Assembly (NCBI RefSeq): GCF_004010195.1
Contig: NC_057728.1
Coordinates: 40,364,231-40,428,230 of the forward strand
Length of the DNA: 64,000 nt
Direction of reading: 5' to 3'
Source: Chiloscyllium plagiosum
Lineage: Eukaryota
Shown here: piece after piece, positions 25,270 through 36,629 of the stretch
How positions within the stretch are numbered: position 1 is the first letter of the stretch
Layout of the letters: each line of letters starts with the position of its first letter
Made by a program: the position numbers and the translations under genes
Notes under the pieces: model-generated
Told to the model about the DNA's origin: nothing
The model's database searches: none
Seen by the model: only the letters and a program-made list of their open reading frames with translations

Positions 25270-26390
25270 GCCACACTTCTGAATTGTTCTCCATATCCTT
25301 TGATGTCATTGTAACTAAAAATCTATCAATCCCTAGGTTAAATTCACTTAATAACAGAGCTTCCACAGCCCTCTGAGAATTCCAAAGATTCACACCCTCT
25401 GGGTGAAAAAGTTCTTCCTTGTCTTATTCTTATAAAATGTGCCTTTGATTCTGATATCCTGTCCCCTAATTACAGAGGGCAAGAAAACATTCCTTCTGTA
25501 TGCACGGTGGCTCAGTGGTTAGCACTGTTACCTCACAGTGCCAGGGACTTGGGCTCAATACCAGCCTCAGGCGACTCTCTTTGTGGAGTTTGCACATTCT
25601 CCCCGTGTCTACGTGGGCTTCTTCTGGATGCTCTGGTTCCCTCCCACAATCCAAAGATGTGCAGTTTAGATGAATTGGCCAAGCTAAATTGCCCACAGTG
25701 TTCAGAGATGTGCAGTAGTCAGGGGTAAATGTAGGGGAATGGGTTGAGGTGGGATACTTTTCAGAGGGTCAGTGTGGACTTGCTGGGTCGAAGAGCCCAT
25801 TTTCACATTGTAGGGATTCTAATTCTAATTCTACACTCTACATCATTTTCAGACTTTTGTAAGTTTCAATGCCTTTTGTTCTTCTAAATTTCAGAGAATA
25901 TGGAACCAGTCTCTTCTATCTCTTCTCACAGGACAGTTCCACCATCCCAGGAATCAGTCTGATGTACCTCCACTGCAATCACTCTATGACAAGTACACCC
26001 TTCCGTCGGCACGCAGTGCTCCAGAGAGGTTCGAACATGTTCTATAAAATCAAAGCAAGACTACTTTGCTCTTATTCTTGAATCTTCTTGTGGTGAAGGC
26101 TAACATGCCTTTTGTCTTCTGAATTTCTTGTTGCCGTTGCATGCAGTGACTTATGAATAAGGGCAGCGAGGTTCCTATAGACATCAATACTTTCCCATCT
26201 CTCAATATTTAAGAAATACTCTCTACCTTTAATAACGTCTCACCCGTTCACGTTATATTCTGTTTTGCTCTTGCTCACTCACTCAGCCTGTCTAAATATT
26301 CTCATTACCTTTTTGCATCCTCATCACATTCCCACCTAGTTTTGGTACTTCTGCAAACTTGGACATATCAGAAATGGCCCTCACATAATC
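25270..26390 (-). mobile_element. Degenerate CR1-type LINE interrupted by an HE1 SINE
   Basis: ttccacagccctc...gaattccaaagattcac, ccaggaatcagtctg, and tctgcaaactt (KFA on the minus strand). Confidence 0.75.
25502..25833 (+). mobile_element. HE1-type SINE
   Basis: A-box head ggtggctcagtggttagc, central HE1 motifs, (attcta)n tail. Confidence 0.92.
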
Positions 26391-27126
26391 CCAGGATCAA
26401 CACTACTTGTTTTTTTTCTAAGTATTGGAGGATTAAATCAGCAAATAACTGAATAATGAAAGCTGAATAATTTGCCTGTTGTCTTACTGGCTGAATATAC
26501 TGGTCTGGTGGATAATGCTATGACTTGGTTTAGCAGAAATCCATGAAGACTAGAAGATCTCCGTTTCAATGTCTGGGCTAAGTTGATCTAATTTGTGGCA
26601 GGCTGAGAGGTGCTACAGTCAACTTCAACATAAATGTGAGAAAAAGAAACAAAACTGCCAAGGTCATTTCTTAAGCCTATCATCCAGAGCTATCAAGAAG
26701 AATCTTCAAGATTATACATACAATAACAATTTATTAACCAGTAACCAACTTGGATCTTATTATAACTTAGGGGGAAATACAGAGGAACCTCGATTATCTG
26801 AACATAATTTACCGAATTTCAGATTATCCGAAGAAGATCTCAAAGTCCCTATAGAAACATTACATCAAAGATGTGCTTCCAACACTGATCGCGCGTTTTG
26901 TTTACAGTGATTAAAAGTGAACTCGACTTACTGAAATGCTGCCGAGAACAGTCCTGGACATCATTGGGAGTCCAGGCACCCTCTCCAAATGACTGATCTC
27001 CCGCCCCTCTCTCTCTCCCCACACACTTTCCCTGGAGTTCTACACAGGGGTGTACCCTAAACCCCACCTTCCGCAGATAATCTCTCCAACATTGTCCTGT
27101 ACAGGGCAAAGATGAGACCTGTCAAA

Positions 27127-27128
<2 letters not shown>

Positions 27129-27193
<65 letters not shown>
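27129..27193. repeat. (GT)n microsatellite abutting the assembly gap
   Basis: Direct reading of the sequence. Confidence 0.98.
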
Positions 27194-27654
27194 NNNNNNN
27201 NNNNNNNNNNNNNNNNNNNNNNNNNNNNNNNNNNNNNNNNNNNNNNNNNNNNNNNNNNNNNNNNNNNNNNNNNNNNNNNNNNNNNNNNNNNNNNNNNNNN
27301 NNNNNNNNNNNNNNNNNNNNNNNNNNNNNNNNNNNNNNNNNNNNNNNNNNNNNNNNNNNNNNNNNNNNNNNNNNNNNNNNNNNNNNNNNNNNNNNNNNNN
27401 NNNNNNNNNNNNNNNNNNNNNNNNNNNNNNNNNNNNNNNNNNNNNNNNNNNNNNNNNNNNNNNNNNNNNNNNNNNNNNNNNNNNNNNNNNNNNNNNNNNN
27501 NNNNNNNNNNNNNNNNNNNNNNNNNNNNNNNNNNNNNNNNNNNNNNNNNNNNNNNNNNNNNNNNNNNNNNNNNNNNNNNNNNNNNNNNNNNNNNNNNNNN
27601 NNNNNNNNNNNNNNNNNNNNNNNNNNNNNNNNNNNNNNNNNNNNNNNNNNNNNN
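27194..27654. other. Assembly gap (461 N)
   Basis: Run of N; ORFs spanning it are artefacts. Confidence 1.
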
Positions 27655-27914
27655 TGGGGGCGCGGGGCTGGATGGGGTTGTTGGGGCGGACGGGGCTGCG
27701 AGGTTGGATGGGGTTGGGGGGCATGCGGGGGTGGACAGGGTCGTGGGGGCTCCTGCGTGATGTGCTGCTGCATCGTCTCCTGAACGGGGAATGGACTTAA
27801 CAGAAAACTCTGAGCCCCAGAGGAAAGGCATTGAATCACTAAAACGAATAATTAATTATCCGAATGAAATAGTGCCCGCCCATCTTGTTTGGATAATCAC
27901 TGTTCCTTGTAATA

Positions 27915-28392
27915 ACTGAAATATCTATAACACTTTTCATGACTTCCTAAAGTATTTTTGAAGTGTGGCCATTGTTGTGGCATAGCTAAATGTGGCAGCC
28001 AACTTATGCACAGCAAGCACCATAAACAATAATGAAATGAAAGAGCAAATAATTTGTTTTATGATGTTGGTCGAGGGTGAGTACTGGTGGAGACTGTGGC
28101 ACAATGTCACTGGACTAGTAATCTAGTGGTCCATGTTAATACTCTGGGTGTGGGTTCAAATTCCAAATTGGGAACACAGAATTTAAATTCAGTTAATAAA
28201 ATATGCAATCGAAAGGTACTCTCAATAATTGTGACCATGAAACTTTTATTAATTGCCATTAAAAGCATCATGTTTAGTTCACTAACATCCTTTAGCAATG
28301 TCATTAACTCTTAAGTGTGCTCAAGTCCCTTAACGTAGAGTTGAATCCATGACCTTGTGTCTCAAAAGGTAAATACTACAACTGATTCATAT
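27915..28392 (-). mobile_element. DeuSINE (SacSINE1/AmnSINE1-like), interrupted by another SINE fragment at ~28085-28300
   Basis: The reverse complement shows Deu-domain-like ccctcgaccaacatc...gcttgctgtgcataagttggctgcc...cacttcaaaa, and a head ggattcaa...gacttgagcacac at 28315-28390. Confidence 0.65.
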
Positions 28393-28783
28393 TTTTGAGC
28401 TATGTCAAGAGTGCTATTTCAAACTCAACTTCACAATTAAGGAATAACAGTTTATAAATGAGAAAAAGGCAGGTCTAAGTCTGAAGCTAACAGAGATATT
28501 ATACACTTTCAACTTTGCATGCTGCTTCTTGCATTCTGCACCTTCAGACGCAAGAAGAATGCTGCTATCTTAAATGCTCTGTATATCTGTACACCAAGCT
28601 TTCTTTTCTGAACCTCTGTTTAAATATTATCATTTAAGTGTCATTATTTTCCCAAATATCCTTACTAATCTTGTCATCATTGTAAACTTTACAACTTATT
28701 TCTGGATTTTATCATAGCTGACATAGTAAACAAAAGGTTTTTTTTGTCTTGGACAACATCATTGAAAGTTCAGCTCGGTAGCT

Positions 28784-28883
28784 TTCATCCTTCCTTATGA
28801 AGGGCTTTTGCCCGAAACATCAATTTACCTGCTCCTTGGATGCTGCCTGATCTGATGTGCTTTTCCAGTGCTACTCTAATCTT
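28784..28883 (+). mobile_element. 3'-truncated Penelope-type mini-element with mutated hammerhead core
   Basis: cttatgaagggcttttgcccgaaacatc (G5 changed to T); ggtagct on both flanks. Confidence 0.75.
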
Positions 28884-28893
28884 GGTAGCTGTA

Positions 28894-29742
28894 TAGTCTA
28901 GCCATACAGTCATACAGTATGGAAACAGACCCTTCGGTTCAACTAGTTCACGACGACCATGTTCCCAAACCAAAATAGTCCCACCTTCCTGCGTTTGGCC
29001 CATATCCCTCCATACATTTCCTATTAATTTACTTATACCTTTGAAATGTTGTAACTATATCTGAATCTACCACTTCCTCTGGCAGTTCATTCCACACAAA
29101 AACCACTCTCCGTATAAAAAAAATTGCCCCTCATGTCCTTTTCAAATCTTTCTCCTCTCACCTTAAAAATATGCCCCTTAGTTTTGAATTCCCCCACCCT
29201 AGGGAAAGGACCCTTGCTACTTGCCTTACCTATGCAGCTAATGCTTTTATAAACCTCCATAAGGTCATCCCACAACCTCCTTTGTTCCAGGGAAAATGTC
29301 TCAGCCTATCATGTCTATATTTATAACTCAAAACTTCCATTCCAGCAACAATCTTTTCTGAACCCTCACCAATTTCCTAGTATCCTTCTAATAACAGGGT
29401 AACCAGAACTGTACACAGTACTCCAGAAGAGGCCTCAACTACATCCTGTACAACCTCAACATGACATCTCAACTCCCATCCGCAAAGGTTGGAGCAATGA
29501 AGGCAAGTTACTAAATGCTTTCTTAACCAGATGTCTACATGAGATGTAAATTTCAAAGAAACATGTACCTGAACCCCTAGGACTCTGTTCTGCAACATTA
29601 CCCAGGGCCCAACATTAATTGTATAGTCCTGCCCTTGTTTGTCTTACCAAAATGCAAAAAACATTGCATCTATCCAGATTAAACTCCATCTGCAATTCCT
29701 CAGCCCGTTGACTCAATTGATCAACATCTCTTTATAATCTAG
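28894..29742 (-). mobile_element. CR1/HER1-type LINE 3' fragment
   Basis: DDLMEVYK...FPRVGEFKTKGHIFKVRGERF; gagtactgtgtacagttctgg (EYCVQFW). Confidence 0.9.
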
Positions 29743-32170
29743 ATGCTCAATACTTCAGTACATATTATCACAGAGTTAAAACTTGTAAATTGCATTTTTT
29801 TCATCTTTTCAAAGCTCCTCCTGAAAGATTGAAGTATTCAATTAAAGTATTGACATAGGTGTAAATAATACCACCAGTGTAAGCCAAATATTTAATTTGC
29901 TGCCCCATGTTCTAACATTTTGGAAACAAATTCTGATTCTTCTTTCATTTTTGTTAAAGTACCAATAAAATTATTTTAAAGAAAAACTTATTACCCAGCT
30001 ACCTGAATGGTTCTCAATACTAAAATTATGAAATTTAAAGTACACGTACAAAGATCTTAAAATCATGTAATTTGTTTTCACATGAAAAAATGTAACATGA
30101 TTGTAAATTCTTTGTTTAATTAGTTCTAGATATATGTAGGAATGGATTTTATATTGCTAGTAAAATAATTTAAAAACATGGTCAATAAATTAAGTGCATT
30201 TGAAACATGTAAAACCTTTTTATAAGATATTATACTTAAAGTAATGCCTCACATTTTCCTCTAAATGCAAGTTCTGCACTTAGAACCACAAGACAGAGGC
30301 TGCTAAATAAATCATGAACACTAATTATATAAATTGCATCCTATAAATGCACCCAGTTGTTGAACAATGTTTGAGCATTATTGTTTTGATGGACGGATGT
30401 TTACATCTTTTATTATAGGAGAAGACTGTAAAAAATGATAAATCTATGTTAGTCATAGAATTTTACAGAATGGAAAAACATCTTTTGGCCCATCATGTTG
30501 TTCTTTCTTTGCTGGAACAATCCACAGATTTGCAACTGCTTCCTTCACACAAAACATTTCCCAATTATCACATCATGCCTCTTTCATAAGCTCCTTCTAA
30601 AACCACAAACACTATCATTTAGAAAGGCAAGTGCAGCAGGTGCTTGGAAAAAAAACAAGATCTACAAGTTTATCTCCAAACAACACAGCGTCCTGACTTT
30701 GGAATTATAATATTTGATCTTCCCCTGCCCGTAGGGCAAAAACTTGGAATTCTCTTCTGAACATAACATGAACTATAGTCGTTCAAGGAGGTGGTTTGCA
30801 ACTACCACCTTCTCAAAGACATTTGGGGGATTAGAACACATTTTTAAAATAAAATGTATAATGAGCCAGTCTATAGGAGAACTGCAATGTTTGTTTTCAC
30901 CATTTCCTCCCATAATAATTATGTACACCATGTTATGACTTACATTGTACATCTGAATGGTATCAGAGATTTTCCATAGATGCTTATGTGTAGACAGAGT
31001 GAGGAAACAAGACTGCCAGTTGCAGAGTTTCTGAAAACAAAGGTGTCAGAGAAGAATGGAACAAAGCACAAGTGCAATTAACTGAATAAGCAAAAAAAAA
31101 TTTACATGTTTTGAGTTTTGTGCACACAGGATGTCAAAGCAACAGCAAGACAAAGTGTGGAAGTGAAAAGGTTGGGGGAGGGGAATATTATGATGCAGTA
31201 ACAATTCACCTACTTTTCCCATGGCAAAAGCAATTTAGTGGTCAACACATCTTTTTTTTTGAAATGCTGTAATTGCATTCATACAGTTGTGAGCAGTGGA
31301 GGGAATTTTCAACTTCAGCTCACAACTGGCTCAAAGTTCTTTGTGCTTCCATAGCAAATTCTGAAGACTTGACACAAGCATGGAACATTGTTCAGGATTG
31401 GCTGTCATTTGAATTTTTCCGATGAGCCAGTCTGGGACCAACCTGGAGCTTTTGCACAGCCTGGAGTGTTCTGAAGCTTTAAAAAGAGGTAGGGTATTCT
31501 GCTATGTGGGGTGGGGGGAGGGCAGTGTAGGTGAGTGGGGGTTGGGGTAGGGTAGTGTGGTCCTGGAAAAACGTGTCAAAGGGCCAGCAGGCAGCCTCGA
31601 TATTTATGAAGACAAGAGGATCATGAATACTCACTTTATACTTTCAGTTCAAGGGCATTCAGGAACCCCTTAAAAAAGGACCACTGGTTAGGTCACTAAA
31701 TCAATACAATTTTGTCTAACATATACAGTACAAGTATAACACATATCGTATTGTCCATTTTACATAAATGTTGGAATGAGGGAGATTCAGTAAGTCTCTA
31801 ATTTGTATATTTGGCAACTTTCTGACTGTTGTGGTTGAGTACTGGCTGGTGGCATATCAAGCCTTGAACGTTATCACTAGGTCTTCCTCTGTTAGTTTGC
31901 CACTTCTCAGGTGATACATTGGCAGCTGTCAGTTGAAAACTTGTAACAGTTTTCAAACTTTTTGTGCTTGTTTCTGCATTTTATCGTTTTAGGGTTTTAT
32001 GGTTTGAATTTTCTGTAGTTCATCTCACTGATTAAAAGGAACAGTAAAACACTTGTGTAAGTGGATTGTAGTTACTTTTGGATTTTGAATTAGATGATAT
32101 AAAGCAGTAAATAGATCTATATTAATAACTTTAGTGGTGATAAGTGATACACTACTTTAATTTTTGATTG

Positions 32171-32767
32171 TGTAGAAATGGACAAAAAAGAAGCTACAAG
32201 ACTGTGAGAGCTAAGCTCTACAACACTCAACAACGTTCAACAAAACTTGTTCCGACAAAACAATTGGTCTTTATTAACAAAGAAACTGCATGCAGAGTGA
32301 CTGAACTCAGAAAAGAGAGAGTTATTCACAGCTCTGAGTCTCTCACAAGTTCGCGCTTACAGAGAGAAGAGCAGAAATATTTATACTTCAAACTTATTAA
32401 TAGCTATCAATAACTATCTCTCAAAGTTAGTCATCCATTAGACCGGTACTTTGAATTACGTTTTTCCTTTGGAGGTTTTTCATATTGACTTCCCAAAACC
32501 TGGTGCCACATACATCATCTCGTAATCTCATCCTTGTTGGGTGCTCAAGGGATTTTGTGGAATGTCTTTATTTGGACTTAGTCAGTTTCCCAGAATTTAT
32601 GTGGAACAAGCTCTGCCGAGGCCTACCAAGGTTAAAGAATTTATGTGGACTCAGCCTACTTCAATCTTTGAAATGATTTGACCTTTGTTATAGTCTTAAC
32701 TTGTGTTGTGTCAGGCAGGTTTGAGGTTGCGCAAAGTACAACCAGGGGTTAGCCAGTTTTCCTATCA
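32171..32767 (-). mobile_element. Possible solo LTR of an unrelated family
   Basis: TG...CA-compatible ends, with minus-strand TATA (tttata ~32380) and AATAAA (tttatt ~32270) in LTR-like order. No convincing TSD; the right boundary is uncertain. Confidence 0.3.
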
Positions 32768-32942
32768 TGGAACTATATGTTTCACACAATCCCACAATTA
32801 GGTTATTGGTCTCATTAAACTACACAGGGCATTCAATATGTTTAATAATCAACAGCTCTCCAGTTTCCCCGAGTTTTGAAATCCAGTCAGAATTCTTCTT
32901 TTAATAAAGATATTGTAGCAAAAATGAGAGCCCTTTATAGAA

Positions 32943-33239
32943 GGGCGGCACGGTGGCACTGCTGCCTTACAGTGCCAGAGACCCGGGTTCAATTCCTGCC
33001 TCAGGCGACTGTCTGTGTGGAGTTTGCACATTCTCTCCCCGTGTCTGCATGGGTTTTCTCCGGGTGCTCCAGTTTCCTCCCACCGACCAAAAATGTGCAG
33101 GTTAGGTGAATTGGCCATGCTAAATTGCCCGTAGTGTTAGGTGTAAGAGAATGGGTCTGGATGGGTTGCTCTTTGGAGGGTCGGTGTGGACTTGTTGGGC
33201 TGAAGGGCCTGTTTCCACACTGTAAGTAATCTAATCTAA
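32943..33239 (+). mobile_element. HE1-type SINE
   Basis: gggcggcacggtgg head, B box gggttcaattcc, (taatc)n tail. Confidence 0.93.
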
Positions 33240-33254
33240 ACACTGAAAATATAA

Positions 33255-33545
33255 GCAAGGGCAGATCATTCATTCCCCTCAAGCCTGTCCCATTGTTAAA
33301 TTAGGTCACAGCTGATCTTCAACTTCAAATACATTTTCCCAAATATCTATCATCATACTTCTCAATATTATCAATTTCTAGAGTTCAATGTCTGAGCCTC
33401 AATACCTCTTGTGATAGAAAATTCTAAAGATTCGTCATTCCCTGAGTAAAGAATTCCTCCTCATCTCAGTCCTAAATGCCCTGCCAATTATTCTGAGACA
33501 GTGTCCCATAGTTCTAAACCCCTCGTCCGAGGAAGGATCCCTGTC
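33255..33545 (-). mobile_element. CR1-type 3' fragment, degenerate
   Basis: cattcattcccctcaagcctg and ttcctcctcatctcagtcctaaatg. Confidence 0.7.
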
Positions 33546-33633
33546 ATGGCCAAGTATAACATCATCGAGATTTCTACCTATTCTTGGTAGGTGGAACAGT
33601 TGGTTCCCAACATTGGGTCAATATTTTCAAAGT

Positions 33634-33776
33634 GGGAGAAAGTGAGGACTGCAGATGCTGGCGATCAGACTCGAGACTATGGTGCTGGAAAAGCACAGCC
33701 AGTCAGGCAGCATCCAAGGAGCAGGAGAATCAGCATTTTGGGCATAAACCTGATGAAGGGCTTATGCCCAAAAAGT
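33634..33776 (-). mobile_element. Penelope-type mini-element with inverted 5' end and 14-bp TSD
   Basis: TSD aatattttcaaagt (33620-33633) / aatatgttcaaagt (33777-33790). The minus-strand body is followed by plus-strand cctgatgaagggcttatgccc. Confidence 0.85.
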
Positions 33777-35159
33777 AATATGTTCAAAGTCCCAGGTATG
33801 TTAATTCTTAGGGTAGGGCTCCACACAGAACATTGTGAAAATGTCAGCTTTGTAAAGCTATTACAGAGCATTCTTCATGCTTTCACTAACACTACTGTCT
33901 GTCATTCAAGAAACATGCAACATTCTGCAGGATTCTACTCTCTGTCCCCTTGTCAGATCAGTGGAAACTCTAGAATTACAACATAAAATTGACATTTCAG
34001 TCACTTCTGAGAATCTCTTGTCATAGCGATGGAGAACTATTACAGAAATATCGAGTGGTTATGCTGTGGGATAATGTAGAAGAGGGTTTTATTCTGTTAC
34101 TTACTGCACAATTTTCTGTTTCTTTCTGCTTATAATATTCTCTATATGTCCTGATTTGTTTTTGAATCAAGGCTCATTAAGTTTTCTCCATACTGTTTTC
34201 CCTGCATTAGCATTACACTTTTAATTGGAAATTAGATCAATTGATTTACTAAATCATAACACAAACTGCAGCTATATCACACTTATACTGGTAGCCTCAG
34301 AGCTCTCCTGATTAGCTTGATGCTGTGAGACCAGCCAAACCTCAAATCCATGGAAACACAGAACCAAGGCAAATAGAATAAGGATAGAGCAATGCCATCC
34401 TCTGAGGATACCACATTCACTGTGCATAGAAGGGGCTGCATACATGCCAAGGCACAAGAAGTGGGCCACTTTTAGTAGAAGCTGACCTGAACCAGGAGAC
34501 ATATTAGTCTCAGGAACCTTTTGTAGAACAGGAGCAGCTAAATTACTTCTCACAACATAGTCTGTCAAGTTTTACCAAGGAGAAACAATAGAACAGAGGA
34601 AAGAACAATATGTTTAAACAGCTTGAGAAACATGATTTGAGAAACAGTAAAATTACTTATAATCAATTTGCAGTTTGCATTAAAGTAGAATGCACTCTAT
34701 GTCATGCTTTATTGATGGAAATTACAGGCATTTATTCAAGAGTGTACAGACGTGCTGGTGGAGGCAATGTCATTGTGCTAATGTCACTGGACCAAATAAT
34801 GCTGGGCTCAGGCTCTGATGACTCAAGTTCAAATCCCACCACAAAACCCAGCTATTTAATTCAATTAATCGTAAATGGTGCCTTTTATTGGTGCCAGCCC
34901 GATGAATTAAATCATTAATACAGTGAAAGGCATCAAGATAATGTAGTGTGATATCCTTGGAAAGAAACAAATTTGGAGAAATGTTCGTTTATTCCATTGG
35001 GGAGGGATAAATTGTGGAATTTCTAATGCAGGTCAACTTTGTTAAATAGACAAGAGCATTTAATCAGTAAGCTGTCTTCAGATTCTCCATGGAGTAATCC
35101 TTGAGGACTCGTGAGTGATTATTATTCTCGCAGCACCGTTCTTGTTGATCTGGTTCCAA

Positions 35160-36135
35160 AGCAGATTTTTGTCATTTCTATAAATGATTTAGATGATAGA
35201 GGAGGTATGGTTAGTAAGTTTGCAGATGACACCAAAATACGTGGTGTAGTTGACAGTGAAGAAAATAATCAGAGTACAATGGGACCTTGACCAGGTGGGC
35301 CAACAGGTCGAGGAGTCACCATTGGAGTTTAATTTAGATAAATATGAGGTGCTGCATTTTTGTAAGGCAAATCAAGGCAGGACTTAGACAATTAATGATA
35401 GGGCCCTGGGCAATGTTGCTGAACAGGGAGATGTATGGGTGCAGACGGATACTTCCATGAAAGTGGAATCACAGGTAGACAGGGTGGTGAAGAAGGTCTT
35501 TGGCATGCTTACCTTAATTGATTAGAGCATTGAGTAAAGGAGTTGGGATGCCATACTGCGGCTGTACAGGACATTGGTGACGCCACGTTTAGAATACTGT
35601 GTTCAGTTCTGATCACCCTTCTAGAGGAAGGATGTTGTTAAAAGTGAGAGGGTGCAGAAAAGATTTACAAGGATGATGCAGGGACTGGAGGATTTGAGTT
35701 ATAGGGAGAGGCAGAATAGGCTGGGGCTTTTATTCCTAGAGCATCGAAGGCTGAGGGGTGACCTGATAGAAGTTTATAAAATCATGACAGGCATGGATAG
35801 GGTGAATAGCCAAGGTCTTTTTCCAAGGGTGGGGGAGTCTAAAACTAGAGGGCATGGGTTTAAGGTGAGAGGGGAAAGATCCAGAAAGGACCTGAGGGGC
35901 ACCTTTTTCACGCAAAGGGTGGTGCATGTATGGAATGAGCTGCCAGAGGAAGTGGTAGAGTAAGTTACAATTACAACATTTAAAAAGCATTTGAATGGGT
36001 ATATGAACAAAAAGGGTTTCGAGGCATATGAGCCAAATGGTGGCAAATGGGACCAGGTCAGATTGGGATGTTTGGTTGACACCAATGAGTTGGACCGAAA
36101 GGTTTGTTACCATGCTGTATGAATCTTTAACTCTT
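35160..36135 (+). mobile_element. CR1/HER1-type LINE 3' fragment
   Basis: SKFADDTKI and QKRFTRMMQGLEDLSYRER...RGDLIEVYKI...WNELPEEVVE. Confidence 0.95.
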
Positions 36136-36456
36136 CGAGACCCTCAAAGCTTCCCATAATGTCCATACCTAGATCTCTTTGAATAGTAAATTTATGCAGG
36201 GCATGGCAAGCTACAGCTATGCTGGACATATGACTAGCAGTATGCTACAAAGGTCCTGCTGATCGACTGTACAGCAAAGGTATTTGCTGAAGAAACTAAT
36301 GGCCAACCTAGTAGAGGAATGTGCCTCACTGCATCACTTTTCTGTGTCACTCTTGCAACTCTTTGTGAGATCATTGTCCATGGCAGAATGGATATGCCTG
36401 CTCACCCACAAACCATCTTTTTACATGAGTAACATCTTTTAAGAGCTCAAGGAGGA

Positions 36457-36629
36457 CACACACTTGCGATAAACTGCCTTCAAAGCATTATTTTAACAAT
36501 TACATCTCTCCTTAATTAAGAAAACGTAATTATTAGATCCTGATAAGTTCTAATAATTACGTTTTCTTTATTAAGGAGAGATGTAATTGTTAAAATAATG
36601 CTTTGAAGGCAGTTTATCGCAAGTGTGTG
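36457..36629. repeat. Long inverted repeat: 81-bp arms, 1 mismatch, 11-nt loop
   Basis: 36457-36537 is the reverse complement of 36549-36629; the loop is tcctgataagt. Confidence 0.97.

Larger units (their letters stand above)
26780..27909. mobile_element. Non-autonomous Tc1/mariner (Tigger/pogo-like) DNA transposon
   Basis: TA-flanked imperfect TIRs: ta|cagaggaacctcgattatctgaac ... gtttggataatcactgttccttg|ta. Contains internal ttatccgaa repeats. Confidence 0.7.

Noticed and set aside
26500..26640. Possible LF-SINE/LmeSINE-like ancient SINE
   Set aside because: The similarity is too short and degenerate to support by eye.
27040..27839. Six long ORFs (200-263 aa)
   Set aside because: They exist only because of the N gap and the (GT)n repeat.
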